From contig OZ252100.1 in the NCBI GenBank assembly GCA_965248435.1, positions 4,384,001 to 4,448,000 on the forward strand: a stretch of DNA of 64,000 bases. The letters are read 5' to 3'. The stretch is from Candidatus Latescibacterota bacterium. Lineage in GTDB: Bacteria > Latescibacterota > UBA2968 > GCA-2709665. The notes under the pieces were generated by a model. That model searched no databases and had not been told where the DNA came from. It saw only the letters and a program-made list of their open reading frames with translations. The position numbers and the translations under genes are program-made. This document shows, piece after piece, positions 23,415 to 32,175 of this stretch. The stretch's first letter is position 1; every line of letters begins with the position of its first letter.

Positions 23415-24269
23415 TCAGCCCTGCCTCTGCAATTCGTCCATCACCTTCCGCGTGATCTCAGATACGAGGTCCTGCTCGGCCGAATCTTCGTTCGTCCCAG
23501 TGGAAGCGGAATGGGTCGTCGAACTGCCCGCACTTCGGGTGCGAAGCGTCGGGATTTGATTACCGCCGTTTCCAGGAACGGCGGATGTGGGTGGACGCGG
23601 GATCTCACAGGCGGGGTCCGGACCGCGGATGCCCAGACGATCACGGATCTTCAGCAACTTGCCCACCTGCTCCCGGTCAAGAACGTTTACCCCGCCCAAT
23701 TGACGCGCGATAAAGAGGATTTTTGCGAACTGCTCCATCGTTTCCATCTTAAAGTAAGCGTTCATCACATCGGTGCCTATAGTGGTCGCTCCGTGATTTT
23801 CGAGGAGGTAGGCATCGTAGTCTTTGACATACTGTCTGATCGGCTCTGAAATTTCTGGGCCTCCCGGAGTACCGTAACTTGCGGTCGGTATGGAGCCGAG
23901 GGAAATGATCACCTCTGGGAGAACGCAGTCGGTCAGTGGGACGCCGGCGATGGAGAAGGCCGTAGCTGTTGGTGGGTGGGCGTGGACGACGGCCGTGATT
24001 TCGGGCCGCTCTCGATAGAGAAAATAGTGCATGCCGATTTCGGAAGAGGGACGGAGTCTGCCGCTGATTTGATTCCCATCAGTATCCAGAATGCAGAGAT
24101 CATCCGGGCTGAGCGTACCCTTACAGAGGCCTGTTGGGGTCGCAACAATACGGTCTTCAGAGATTCGAGCAGAGATGTTCCCATCGCTGGAAACGATATA
24201 GCCATTGTCATAAAGCCTTCGCCCGGCCTCCACGATTTCCTGTTTGGCTTGATGCAGAGTCATCGTCAT
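23415..24269 (-). CDS. Class II aldolase (fuculose/rhamnulose-1-P aldolase-like) with C-terminal encapsulation peptide
   Basis: DGNIS, PSSE, HAHPP, NHG; tail DLVSEITRKVMDEL. Confidence 0.9.
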   Translation of the reverse strand: MTMTLHQAKQEIVEAGRRLYDNGYIVSSDGNISARISEDRIVATPTGLCKGTLSPDDLCILDTDGNQISGRLRPSSEIGMHYFLYRERPEITAVVHAHPPTATAFSIAGVPLTDCVLPEVIISLGSIPTASYGTPGGPEISEPIRQYVKDYDAYLLENHGATTIGTDVMNAYFKMETMEQFAKILFIARQLGGVNVLDREQVGKLLKIRDRLGIRGPDPACEIPRPPTSAVPGNGGNQIPTLRTRSAGSSTTHSASTGTNEDSAEQDLVSEITRKVMDELQRQG

Positions 24270-24553
24270 GTCTTTTCTCTTTCTTGGTCTATCTCAACTT
24301 TGTCTACGATGCCGACGATCACAGATCGAATCGGAGGCAACTCTACATCAAGGACCTGTGCAGCCGCCGCCCCCAGCCGAAGCACCAGAACAGTTTCACC
24401 TGGCCCGGCACCCACGGAATCCACCGCCAGCGTGGAAGGACCAGACTCGAGTTCGTTTGGAGAAAGGGGCTGGACCACCATCAATTTTGTGCTGTTGTAG
24501 GCCGGATGCTTGATCGTAGAAACGACGCTGCCAAGAACGCGAGCCAGGAACAC
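24266..24553 (-). CDS. BMC-P vertex protein (EutN/CcmL)
   Basis: FLARVLGSVVSTIKH, AVDSVGAG.GE, IVGIVD. Confidence 0.93.
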   Translation of the reverse strand: MFLARVLGSVVSTIKHPAYNSTKLMVVQPLSPNELESGPSTLAVDSVGAGPGETVLVLRLGAAAAQVLDVELPPIRSVIVGIVDKVEIDQEREKT

Positions 24554-24613
24554 GGATTACTTAGACGTGAAATTTATTGTGAAACAGTATGACAAATGCG
24601 CCTCTACTGTAGT

Positions 24614-24877
24614 CTAGACGTCGATCCGGTCTGCGATTCCGACAATCGTCGCATCTACGGGCCCGTATTTCTCAGGCAACGCGTTCGGGGCTTCGCGGGC
24701 GCTGACCCAATAGACCGATTCACCCTCTCCGGCACTGACGACATCGGCGGCCACCAGGGGTTCTCCAAATTCCTTCCGCTCGTGATCGAAGGGCTGAACA
24801 ATCCTGAGACTTATCCCGGTTATAGAGGGATCTTTCCGAGTCGCGACCACCTTACCCATGACGCGACCGAGATACAT
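24614..24877 (-). CDS. BMC-P vertex protein (EutN/CcmL)
   Basis: MYLGRVMGKVVATRK, AG.GE, PVDATIVGIAD; ATG overlaps AldDH stop (TGATG). Confidence 0.93.
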   Translation of the reverse strand: MYLGRVMGKVVATRKDPSITGISLRIVQPFDHERKEFGEPLVAADVVSAGEGESVYWVSAREAPNALPEKYGPVDATIVGIADRIDV

Positions 24878-26331
24878 CAGATGATCCTGAAGTAGTCGAC
24901 GAGAGTGCAGCGACGTTGTCGGGTAAAGGTGCGGGCGGATGTCACACCTTCGCCTGTGGGTGTCGCGATAGAAAAAGACGTATACCCCTCTCCTCCTGCG
25001 CCCAATCCCGCCGGCGAGGGCCCGTTCTTGATGAAGAGCGTGCAACGGCATTTTCGTGCCATGACCGTCATGTTCTCCACGTTCTTGGAGTGCATGACGG
25101 CCGTGTGTTGATATCCGTGTTCGGCTTCTATGGCGAGGTCGATCGCCTGGGTAACATCGGAAGTACGGACGATGGGCATAACGGGCATCATCTGTTCGTA
25201 CTGTACAAAGGGATGATCTGCCTCCACCTCACCGATCAAGAGTTCCGTGTCCGGTGGCACCTCTAACCCGATATGTCCTGCGAGGACGTGAGCGTTCCTT
25301 CCGACGAACTCCCGATTCCGTGTCCATTCACCCTTTTCGTCGCGGGGGAAGGCCGCTGATGCGAGCGCATCGATCTGGCTGCGCTCGAGCTCCACGCACC
25401 GGTTGACGAGGAGTTGCCGTTTCAGTTCTTCTGCCACTGAACGGACGACGAAGATTTCCTTCTCCCCGGTGCAGAGAATATTGTTGTCAAATCCACCTCC
25501 AGTGATGATGTCCTTCGCTGCCTTTGAAAAGTCAGCTGTTTCGTCTACCACCACGGGAGGGTTTCCGGGCCCAGCAACGATTGCGCGCTTGGGGGACTGA
25601 AGTGCTGCGCGCGCCACCCCTGCTCCACCCGTAACCAGGATGATGTCTATCTTGGGGTGGACGAACAGCGCCTGGCCGGTCTGGATGGTAGGCTCCCTGA
25701 CTGCAGTCAAAAGGTTGGGCGGACCGCCCGCTTCGACGATCGCCCGGTTGAAGATTTGGATACCGACTGCGGAGACGTTCTTTGCTCCGGGATGGGCGTT
25801 GAAGACGACGCTGTTTCCAGCAGATATGAGGCTGATGGCGTTGTTTACGATAGTCGGGACGGGATGTGTGGAGGGTGTGATGGCGGCAGCGACTCCAAAG
25901 GGCGCCATCTCCACAATAGTCAGCCCGTGGTCTCCTGACCAGGCCACGGATTCAAGGTCTTCGACACCGGGCGTAAGTTTCGTTACGATCTCGAATTTTT
26001 GGATCTTGTGCGGCACCCGCCCCATGCCGGTCTCTTCGACCGTGTTTTGAGCGATGCCCTTTGCGTGGGCCATGCCCGCTTCCCGGATGGCCGCGATAAT
26101 TCCCCGTCGGTCATCCAGAGTCATCTCTTCAAGGGCTTGTTGAGCCCGGCTTGCGGCGTCGACCGCGTCTTCGATAGATTCGAAAATGCCATCTCCGGGT
26201 GCTGACCCCCCCGGGGAAAGGGTTACACTCAGAGATGGAACGGTGTTTTCGATCGCGAAACTCTGCACGACCTCTTGCACGACGGAACGAATCTGGGATT
26301 CTTCCAGGTTCACGACTTCACCATCTCCCAT
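24877..26331 (-). CDS. CoA-acylating aldehyde dehydrogenase (PduP/EutE-like) with N-terminal encapsulation peptide
   Basis: GPGNPP, FDNNILC.GEKE, EQMMP, PTGEG; N-terminal QIRSVVQEVV. Confidence 0.95.
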   Translation of the reverse strand: MGDGEVVNLEESQIRSVVQEVVQSFAIENTVPSLSVTLSPGGSAPGDGIFESIEDAVDAASRAQQALEEMTLDDRRGIIAAIREAGMAHAKGIAQNTVEETGMGRVPHKIQKFEIVTKLTPGVEDLESVAWSGDHGLTIVEMAPFGVAAAITPSTHPVPTIVNNAISLISAGNSVVFNAHPGAKNVSAVGIQIFNRAIVEAGGPPNLLTAVREPTIQTGQALFVHPKIDIILVTGGAGVARAALQSPKRAIVAGPGNPPVVVDETADFSKAAKDIITGGGFDNNILCTGEKEIFVVRSVAEELKRQLLVNRCVELERSQIDALASAAFPRDEKGEWTRNREFVGRNAHVLAGHIGLEVPPDTELLIGEVEADHPFVQYEQMMPVMPIVRTSDVTQAIDLAIEAEHGYQHTAVMHSKNVENMTVMARKCRCTLFIKNGPSPAGLGAGGEGYTSFSIATPTGEGVTSARTFTRQRRCTLVDYFRII

Positions 26332-26368
26332 TCATTCGTAACTCGCAGGCGTGGGCAAGTGAAGATGC

Positions 26369-26665
26369 TCAGCTGCCTTTCCTGTAAATCTCTTTTCCTT
26401 CGACTTCGAAGAAGTCGACGATGGCCACGATGACGCCATCAACAGGCCGGTTCTCCGTTGCGCCTGTCATGCGCGCAGAGCTACCACTTGTGCAGAGAAC
26501 GTATTCCCCGCTCCCCGCACCCACTGCGTCTACGGCGACCAGAAAGTCGTCCCGCGGCTCGCCCGTAGGCAGATGGATGCTTTGAACGATCTGAATCTTG
26601 AATCCATCCAGACCGCTGTCTTTTTGAGTAGCGACGATGGTCCCTACGACTTTTCCGATGGTCAT
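26369..26665 (-). CDS. BMC-P vertex protein (EutN/CcmL)
   Basis: GKVVGTIVATQK, AVDAVGAG.GE, GSSAR, PVD. Confidence 0.94.
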   Translation of the reverse strand: MTIGKVVGTIVATQKDSGLDGFKIQIVQSIHLPTGEPRDDFLVAVDAVGAGSGEYVLCTSGSSARMTGATENRPVDGVIVAIVDFFEVEGKEIYRKGS

Positions 26666-26681
26666 CGGTCTGGCCTACGGG

Positions 26682-26963
26682 TCAGGACACTTTCCCGATG
26701 GGGAGGACATCCTCGAGGCTTCCGTGGGGGCTTGGGATAACGTGGACCGATACCAACTCCCCGATTTTACCCGCCGCTGCAGCGCCTGCATCAGTGGCCG
26801 CTTTTACGGCGGCCACGTCACCCCGGACGATAGCCGTAACGTATCCGGCACCAATTTTTTCCCAGTTTACAAAGCTGACGTTGGCGGCTTTGACCATCGC
26901 GTCTGAGGCTTCTATCATAGCCACCAAACCCTTGGTCTCAATCATGCCGAGGGCCTCATTCAT
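26682..26963 (-). CDS. BMC-H major shell protein
   Basis: [10 protein letters not shown]...DAMVKAA...[14 protein letters not shown]...HVIP.PH. Confidence 0.97.
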   Translation of the reverse strand: MNEALGMIETKGLVAMIEASDAMVKAANVSFVNWEKIGAGYVTAIVRGDVAAVKAATDAGAAAAGKIGELVSVHVIPSPHGSLEDVLPIGKVS

Positions 26964-27037
26964 CTCCAGTCTCCTCCTTAGGTTGTTCAGCCACTGCCCG
27001 CGAAAAGGACCCGGGATTCTGATTGTGACTGTTGTAA

Positions 27038-27754
27038 CTAGGTTTCGATGTGTACGATGTCACCGCAGACGAGATCTGCGGCGTTTGCGTCGTCGGTATC
27101 GAGGTGAATTTCAGGAATAAAGCTGTCGTCGATTTTGAGTCGCGCATTCTCGAAGGTCAGTCCTTTCTCTCCTCCGACGCGAACACGAACAGAAGAACGC
27201 CCTCGAAGGCCCAAGCGTTCGACATCACTGGGGCTGAGGTGAATGTGGCGTGCAGCCCGAATGGCAGCATTCGTCGTCATTGCCCCCTTCGGGCCGATGA
27301 TCGTGGCTTTTTTCGCGTCTTGAATGTCGCCTGAGTCCCTGACGGGGAGGTCAAGACCGAGGAAGATGGCGTCCGTACGCGAAAGCTCTACCTGGTTATA
27401 GTTTCTCAACGGACCGAGAATACGGATGCGCTCGATCGCCCGCATGCGGGGACCGACAACGGATACAACCTCGCCCGCCGCGAAGGCGCCGGGTTGATAC
27501 AGATCTCGAAAATGGGTGAGTTCAGATCCAGGACCGAAGAGGAGGTCCATGGCCTCCCGACTAAGGTGACAGTGCCTGGCGGAAACGCCTACTGGAACGC
27601 CACGCGCAACGGACCCATTCTGCCGGACCCGGCGTACCACCTCTCGGACAATCCTGTCGATGGGGAGGGAGCCGTTGCCCGGAACCGGACGCTGGCCGAG
27701 TGCACAAAGGCCGCAGTCTGCGCACTCGGATGAGGGTTTGAATGACTCGGTCAT
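27038..27754 (-). CDS. pduL: Phosphate acyltransferase PduL
   Basis: [33 protein letters not shown]; N-terminal CxxCGxC plus encapsulation peptide. Confidence 0.93.
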   Translation of the reverse strand: MTESFKPSSECADCGLCALGQRPVPGNGSLPIDRIVREVVRRVRQNGSVARGVPVGVSARHCHLSREAMDLLFGPGSELTHFRDLYQPGAFAAGEVVSVVGPRMRAIERIRILGPLRNYNQVELSRTDAIFLGLDLPVRDSGDIQDAKKATIIGPKGAMTTNAAIRAARHIHLSPSDVERLGLRGRSSVRVRVGGEKGLTFENARLKIDDSFIPEIHLDTDDANAADLVCGDIVHIET

Positions 27755-27871
27755 AGTGCGCCCTGCATCTGGACAAGCAGGTGATTTGCCTTATGAACGG
27801 CCAAAATATCCGGTTGTAAAGGCAAAGTCAAGGGATTTCCCCTCTCTGTCGGGGGCGTCTTCCGTGCAGGG

Positions 27872-27961
27872 CTATTCAGCCCAATCGAAGTAGTATACCC
27901 AGAAAAGAATCGCCAGGACAATCACGACCAGCAATCTGATCACTCTTTCGAATGGGGACAT
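27872..27961 (-). CDS. 29-aa single-TM small protein
   Basis: MSPFERVIRLLVVIVLAILFWVYYFDWAE; AGAGGA SD; below ORF-track length cutoff. Confidence 0.5.
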   Translation of the reverse strand: MSPFERVIRLLVVIVLAILFWVYYFDWAE

Positions 27962-27983
27962 TTCAACTTCCTCTGTAGGGATT

Positions 27984-29672
27984 TCAGCCCGAATCGTTCC
28001 CGTTACTCAGAACGGTGCAGTCCTCGATGATGTCGCCCTCCCTGGATTCGAGTCCAGACGCTGCGTCGCGGATGAGGCAGTTCCTGAAGATCATTGTGCC
28101 TCCAGCGTTGCGTACACCGTACCAATCGTCCGACTCCGGCAGGTCCTTCCGAGCGGATCGGAACACAATTTGTGACCCACCCTCAGCATCCGCAGTGAGG
28201 ACACCAGAGGTGACGATGATTTCGGTCCGTTCCGGGTCTTTACCCAACGCATAGAGGTCTGCTTTGGGCCTGAAACAGACCTCGGTTCCTGGAGAAATCG
28301 TGAGGGTGGCACCCTTTTCGATCTCCACGTCTCCCAGCAGGGTGACCTTCCCGCTCCAGGTAACATCTTCCGATATGATACCGCCAGGCAACGAATACCC
28401 CGTGGCGACCAGAAAGTTGCCGACGAATTCCGCTTCCCAACGGTTTCTGATCTTGTCCGATCGGTCCCAACGCCACATAAAGCCCTCTTCCCACAAACGC
28501 GCAGGGTAGGGGCCCAGATCTGCCCAGGGGATGTCGGTCGATGGGGGTTCCCCATAGCCATCCTGAGAGTAATCTACTGTAACCGATGCACCATCCAGCT
28601 CGATGCTGCCCACATAGTGGCTCTGGTAATACGTGATTGAGGCCTCTCGGCCATTTTCTTCGGTTGAAACCCACGACACGTAACGTATCAGTTCCTTGAA
28701 CGTCTCCCAACTCAGGTGATAACTGTTCCTGACGGACTCCCATTCAGGTGGCTCGGTTCCGTAGGCCATCACCTGCCAAACCACATCTCTTCCGTTGCAG
28801 ACTTGCTTTGTAGCCTGTATCCGCTCCTTGAGTTGGGATTTGTATCCCGGGATATCGTCGGCGGATATGTCCAAAGGAGATCCGATGTTGCAGACGTCAG
28901 CTGCGTGCGGACCCGTCGTTAGCAGTTCCCAATCGCAGCTGGAACTGATACGCTCACCATAGGCGGGTGTATGATGCGTGCTGAAGACCCACAGGTCGGC
29001 ATCGGGATAGCTCTGCATCAAGATTCTCTTGTATTCTCGAACGAGGTCTGCAAAAGCGGCGGACACAACGATGGGGTTCCCTTTGTCCGCGTGTAGGTGA
29101 TGGGGCACCTCCAGGTTATAGAAGAATGCAGAAACAGGAATATTGTGGACCGTCTTCAATGAATCTACCCAGGATTCGAATGCGGCCATGGCGCCTCCCT
29201 CAGGATAGGCGGCGATGACATCACCGGCCCAAACCGAACCGGGTGCCGCGTAGGGAGGTGAAAGGCCGATCATCAATTGGAGATTCAGGGTATCGGTGAC
29301 GGCTCTCATCTTGTCGGGTGGCATAAAACTCGACAGTCGGATCATGTCGAACCCGGAAAGCTGGTGCCCGGTGTTGTTTCGAAGCCACTGGTTGCCCTTC
29401 ATGAACACGCGCCTTGGACTTGTCACACGATTCGCGGACGCCTCGAAGAACTGAGCAAAGATGATAAGATCGAAGAAGTCTATCCGTCCGTCTCCATTCA
29501 GGTCATGTCGGGATTCTTCAGTCCCGAAAGACTCTACGAACTCTACGAAGTCCAACAAACCGACCTCGCCGCTATGATCGAAATCCGCATCGACTGCCGT
29601 CTGAGCACTGGATTGTCCAGGCGCAAGAGCGCCTAGAAAGATGATGAAGAAAAGGAATCGGCCCCAAACCAT
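27984..29672 (-). CDS. Secreted protein: dockerin/EF-hand pair, unknown central domain, short beta-helix tail
   Basis: Signal peptide; ADFDHSGEV..LDF and DLNGDGRIDFFD; TWSG.V.L.GDV.I..GATLTI.PG. Confidence 0.75.
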   Translation of the reverse strand: MVWGRFLFFIIFLGALAPGQSSAQTAVDADFDHSGEVGLLDFVEFVESFGTEESRHDLNGDGRIDFFDLIIFAQFFEASANRVTSPRRVFMKGNQWLRNNTGHQLSGFDMIRLSSFMPPDKMRAVTDTLNLQLMIGLSPPYAAPGSVWAGDVIAAYPEGGAMAAFESWVDSLKTVHNIPVSAFFYNLEVPHHLHADKGNPIVVSAAFADLVREYKRILMQSYPDADLWVFSTHHTPAYGERISSSCDWELLTTGPHAADVCNIGSPLDISADDIPGYKSQLKERIQATKQVCNGRDVVWQVMAYGTEPPEWESVRNSYHLSWETFKELIRYVSWVSTEENGREASITYYQSHYVGSIELDGASVTVDYSQDGYGEPPSTDIPWADLGPYPARLWEEGFMWRWDRSDKIRNRWEAEFVGNFLVATGYSLPGGIISEDVTWSGKVTLLGDVEIEKGATLTISPGTEVCFRPKADLYALGKDPERTEIIVTSGVLTADAEGGSQIVFRSARKDLPESDDWYGVRNAGGTMIFRNCLIRDAASGLESREGDIIEDCTVLSNGNDSG

Positions 29673-29909
29673 ACCTTTATTCCCCAAGGAGGTTTCCCGT
29701 TCGAAACGAGGCAAAGATGCTCGAATTCCTCTCAAAGTCAATAGAATTCACCCGCAGAGAAGGTTTGCTGAATCCTCTGGCAAACATCAATCCACGGACC
29801 GCCCGAAACCTTCGCGCGTTCCCATATGCGCTGGACTTTCCGTGGAGCCGGAGGTATATTAATTTTCATATATCGACAGGACAAGCCGCCTTTTCCCTCA
29901 GAGGGAGGT

Positions 29910-30548
29910 ATGAACCAACAGCAGTATAAGATGATGAAGGTCTTGCAGAAGGTTACGATCTTCAAGGGATTCGATGTTTCAGAAGCGGAACATCTTCTTC
30001 AAAGGTGCTTTCTCCAGACCTACGAGGTAGGGCAAGAGATCTACAGGGCTGACGAGGCGAGCGAGGAGATGTTGATTTTGCTGAACGGTCAGTTGGCTGT
30101 CACGAGCAAGGCTGGGAAAGGTTTAGGAGAGGTAGTGGCCGGTACATCGACAGGTGAAATGGGTTTTTTTACTGGAGAACCGAGGTCGGCGAATGTGACG
30201 GCGACCGCGCAGTCAACAGGGCTGGTTCTACGAAAAAGTGTACTCCAGGCCCTGCTACAGGAGGATAATAAAATCCACGTGAAAGTGTTGAGAAACGTAC
30301 TTGTCCTCCTGAGCAAGCGGCTGGCCGATGCAAGTATGCAGATTGAGGACTACTCGAAGCAGATTCAGGAGATGGAGTACGAGATGGAGTCGCTTAGACG
30401 ACAGAGTGTTGAGCCTGCGGAGGTTTCCGAGGATTCCATTGAACCGTCTGATGGCACGGACGAAGGTGCCGAAACCAGCGAAGAATCCAACGAGGGTTCT
30501 GAAGCGCTCGAGGGCACTTCGGAGGAGGCGGAAGAGACTGCTGCCTGA
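29910..30548 (+). CDS. Cyclic-nucleotide-binding domain protein with coiled coil and acidic tail
   Basis: GEMG and EPRSA.V.A motifs; no HTH; GGAGG SD before ATG 29910. Confidence 0.85.
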   Translation: MNQQQYKMMKVLQKVTIFKGFDVSEAEHLLQRCFLQTYEVGQEIYRADEASEEMLILLNGQLAVTSKAGKGLGEVVAGTSTGEMGFFTGEPRSANVTATAQSTGLVLRKSVLQALLQEDNKIHVKVLRNVLVLLSKRLADASMQIEDYSKQIQEMEYEMESLRRQSVEPAEVSEDSIEPSDGTDEGAETSEESNEGSEALEGTSEEAEETAA

Positions 30549-30594
30549 TCGGCCACCCCCATTAAAGAACTGGCCGGGGCTTATATCATTAGTC

Positions 30595-30633
30595 AAAGAA
30601 GGCGCAGGCCGATTCGTGGTCTGCGCCTTCTTT
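30595..30633. terminator. Bidirectional intrinsic terminator
   Basis: AAAGAAGGCGCAGGCC / GGTCTGCGCCTTCTTT. Confidence 0.75.
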
Positions 30634-30666
30634 ACGTTTCCGACCGAATAGGGCTGGACTTCGAAA

Positions 30667-31029
30667 TCAGGAGTTTGAATTCAGCGCATCCGTGACCGCG
30701 TCGAGGAGTTCCTTAATGTGGAAGGGCTTCTCGATCGCCCGCAGGGCGCCCAATTCGAGTGCCATGGAGAGCCTCGCGGGATCGAACCCCGTCATTGCGA
30801 TGATCCTGGCTTCTGGAAACTCTGCCCGGAGGTCGCGGATGGTCTCCAATCCGTTTTTCTTTGGCATCATCAAATCGGTGATGACCAGGTCGCTCTGATT
30901 CTCCCGGAACAGATGCAGACCAGCATCGCCGTCTGAGGCTTTGGCGACTTCGTGGCCGAGTTCCTCTAGCGCCTTCTTGAGCAGTGTTCGTATCTGCTCT
31001 TCGTCATCGATCACCAGGATACGCGCCAC
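30667..31029 (-). CDS. Stand-alone response regulator receiver
   Basis: ILVIDDE, TDLMMP, MTG, KPF. Confidence 0.92.
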   Translation of the reverse strand: MARILVIDDEEQIRTLLKKALEELGHEVAKASDGDAGLHLFRENQSDLVITDLMMPKKNGLETIRDLRAEFPEARIIAMTGFDPARLSMALELGALRAIEKPFHIKELLDAVTDALNSNS

Positions 31030-31169
31030 TTCCGCCTCCGTCGTGACAACTAACGACGTCCAATTGCTTGAAACTTGAACCTTTTGGGCTTTGGATCAGC
31101 AACGGGAATATTACCTGAGACTGCTCTGTTGTCAAGCGAACCGGGCAGGGGACACCAAGCCATCTCGGG

Positions 31170-31526
31170 TCAGGATCGCCCCCATAGCCTCCACCGGCTC
31201 CGCCTTGATGACCCCTCTTCTGAGACCGGGGTGACGACCGAAAGCCGATTCAGCACCTGGTCCAGAGCTCCTTTTAGCAAAACCGAGGATTTCTCCTTGT
31301 CTGTTTCGACGACCCGAAGGCTCAGACGAACCGTCTGCTCCACATCCGATGGGAAGACGTGGTTTACAATCCCCGCATCGTCCTCCAGGCCCTCTCCCGC
31401 CATCCTGAGCTTATAGGCCTCGATCGCGGCCTGCTTGAAGGGCTCCACAGCCCGGATTTCGATGCAGTCTTTGATTCCCTGTTCCAGCAATGCTGTAATC
31501 TTCACGGTCATTTCATCCTGGTTCAC
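31170..31526 (-). CDS. Hypothetical protein
   Basis: AGGAGG SD before GTG; helical; basic/Trp C-terminus. Confidence 0.65.
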   Translation of the reverse strand: MNQDEMTVKITALLEQGIKDCIEIRAVEPFKQAAIEAYKLRMAGEGLEDDAGIVNHVFPSDVEQTVRLSLRVVETDKEKSSVLLKGALDQVLNRLSVVTPVSEEGSSRRSRWRLWGRS

Positions 31527-31821
31527 GGCGGGCCTCCTGGTCGCTTCAAATGCTTACTTGAAATGTAGGCAATGCGAGAGATGGTGGATCTCAACCACCC
31601 AAGATCCAAATTCTGGTGATTTCGAGAATCCCACATCGCAAAATCGGGAGTGAGCCAGAGCGGGATTCTGAGTTCATGTGTATAAATAATAAAGACTTGA
31701 AAACTATTCGATTCTATTTCCGCAGGACGGCACGAAACATGCGATCATCGTTGTTGAAAGCTCATGAACCGAGTCGGAGCCGGTATCCTATGCCCGGAGC
31801 ATATCAAAGGGGTGTTTTGTT

Positions 31822-32175
31822 ATGGAAAGTGCCCATTTCAGAGCGTTTGATGAGCCCGCGGAATCGTTTCATCGCTACATGAAAGATGTCGCCCAAACCC
31901 ATCCATTGAGCAATCAGGAAGAGACAGCCCTGGCCATCCGAATCAAGCAGGGGGACTTGAAGGCGCGGGACGAGCTGGTGAAGGCCAATCTGAAGTTCGT
32001 CGTTCGCGTGGCCCGAGAATACACGAGGCAGGGCGTTCCCCTCTCAGACCTTATCAGTGCCGGGAACATCGGACTGATCTGTGCTGCGGAAAGATTTGAC
32101 GAAACGAGGGGGGTGAGGTTCATTTCGTATGCCGTCTGGTGGATCCGGCAGGCCGTTCTTCAAACGCTCGCCGAG
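31822..32175 (+). pseudogene. Second sigma70 gene, truncated after region 2
   Basis: Paralogous to 16984-17841 up to [16 protein letters not shown], then reads into the antisense of the next gene. Confidence 0.85.
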
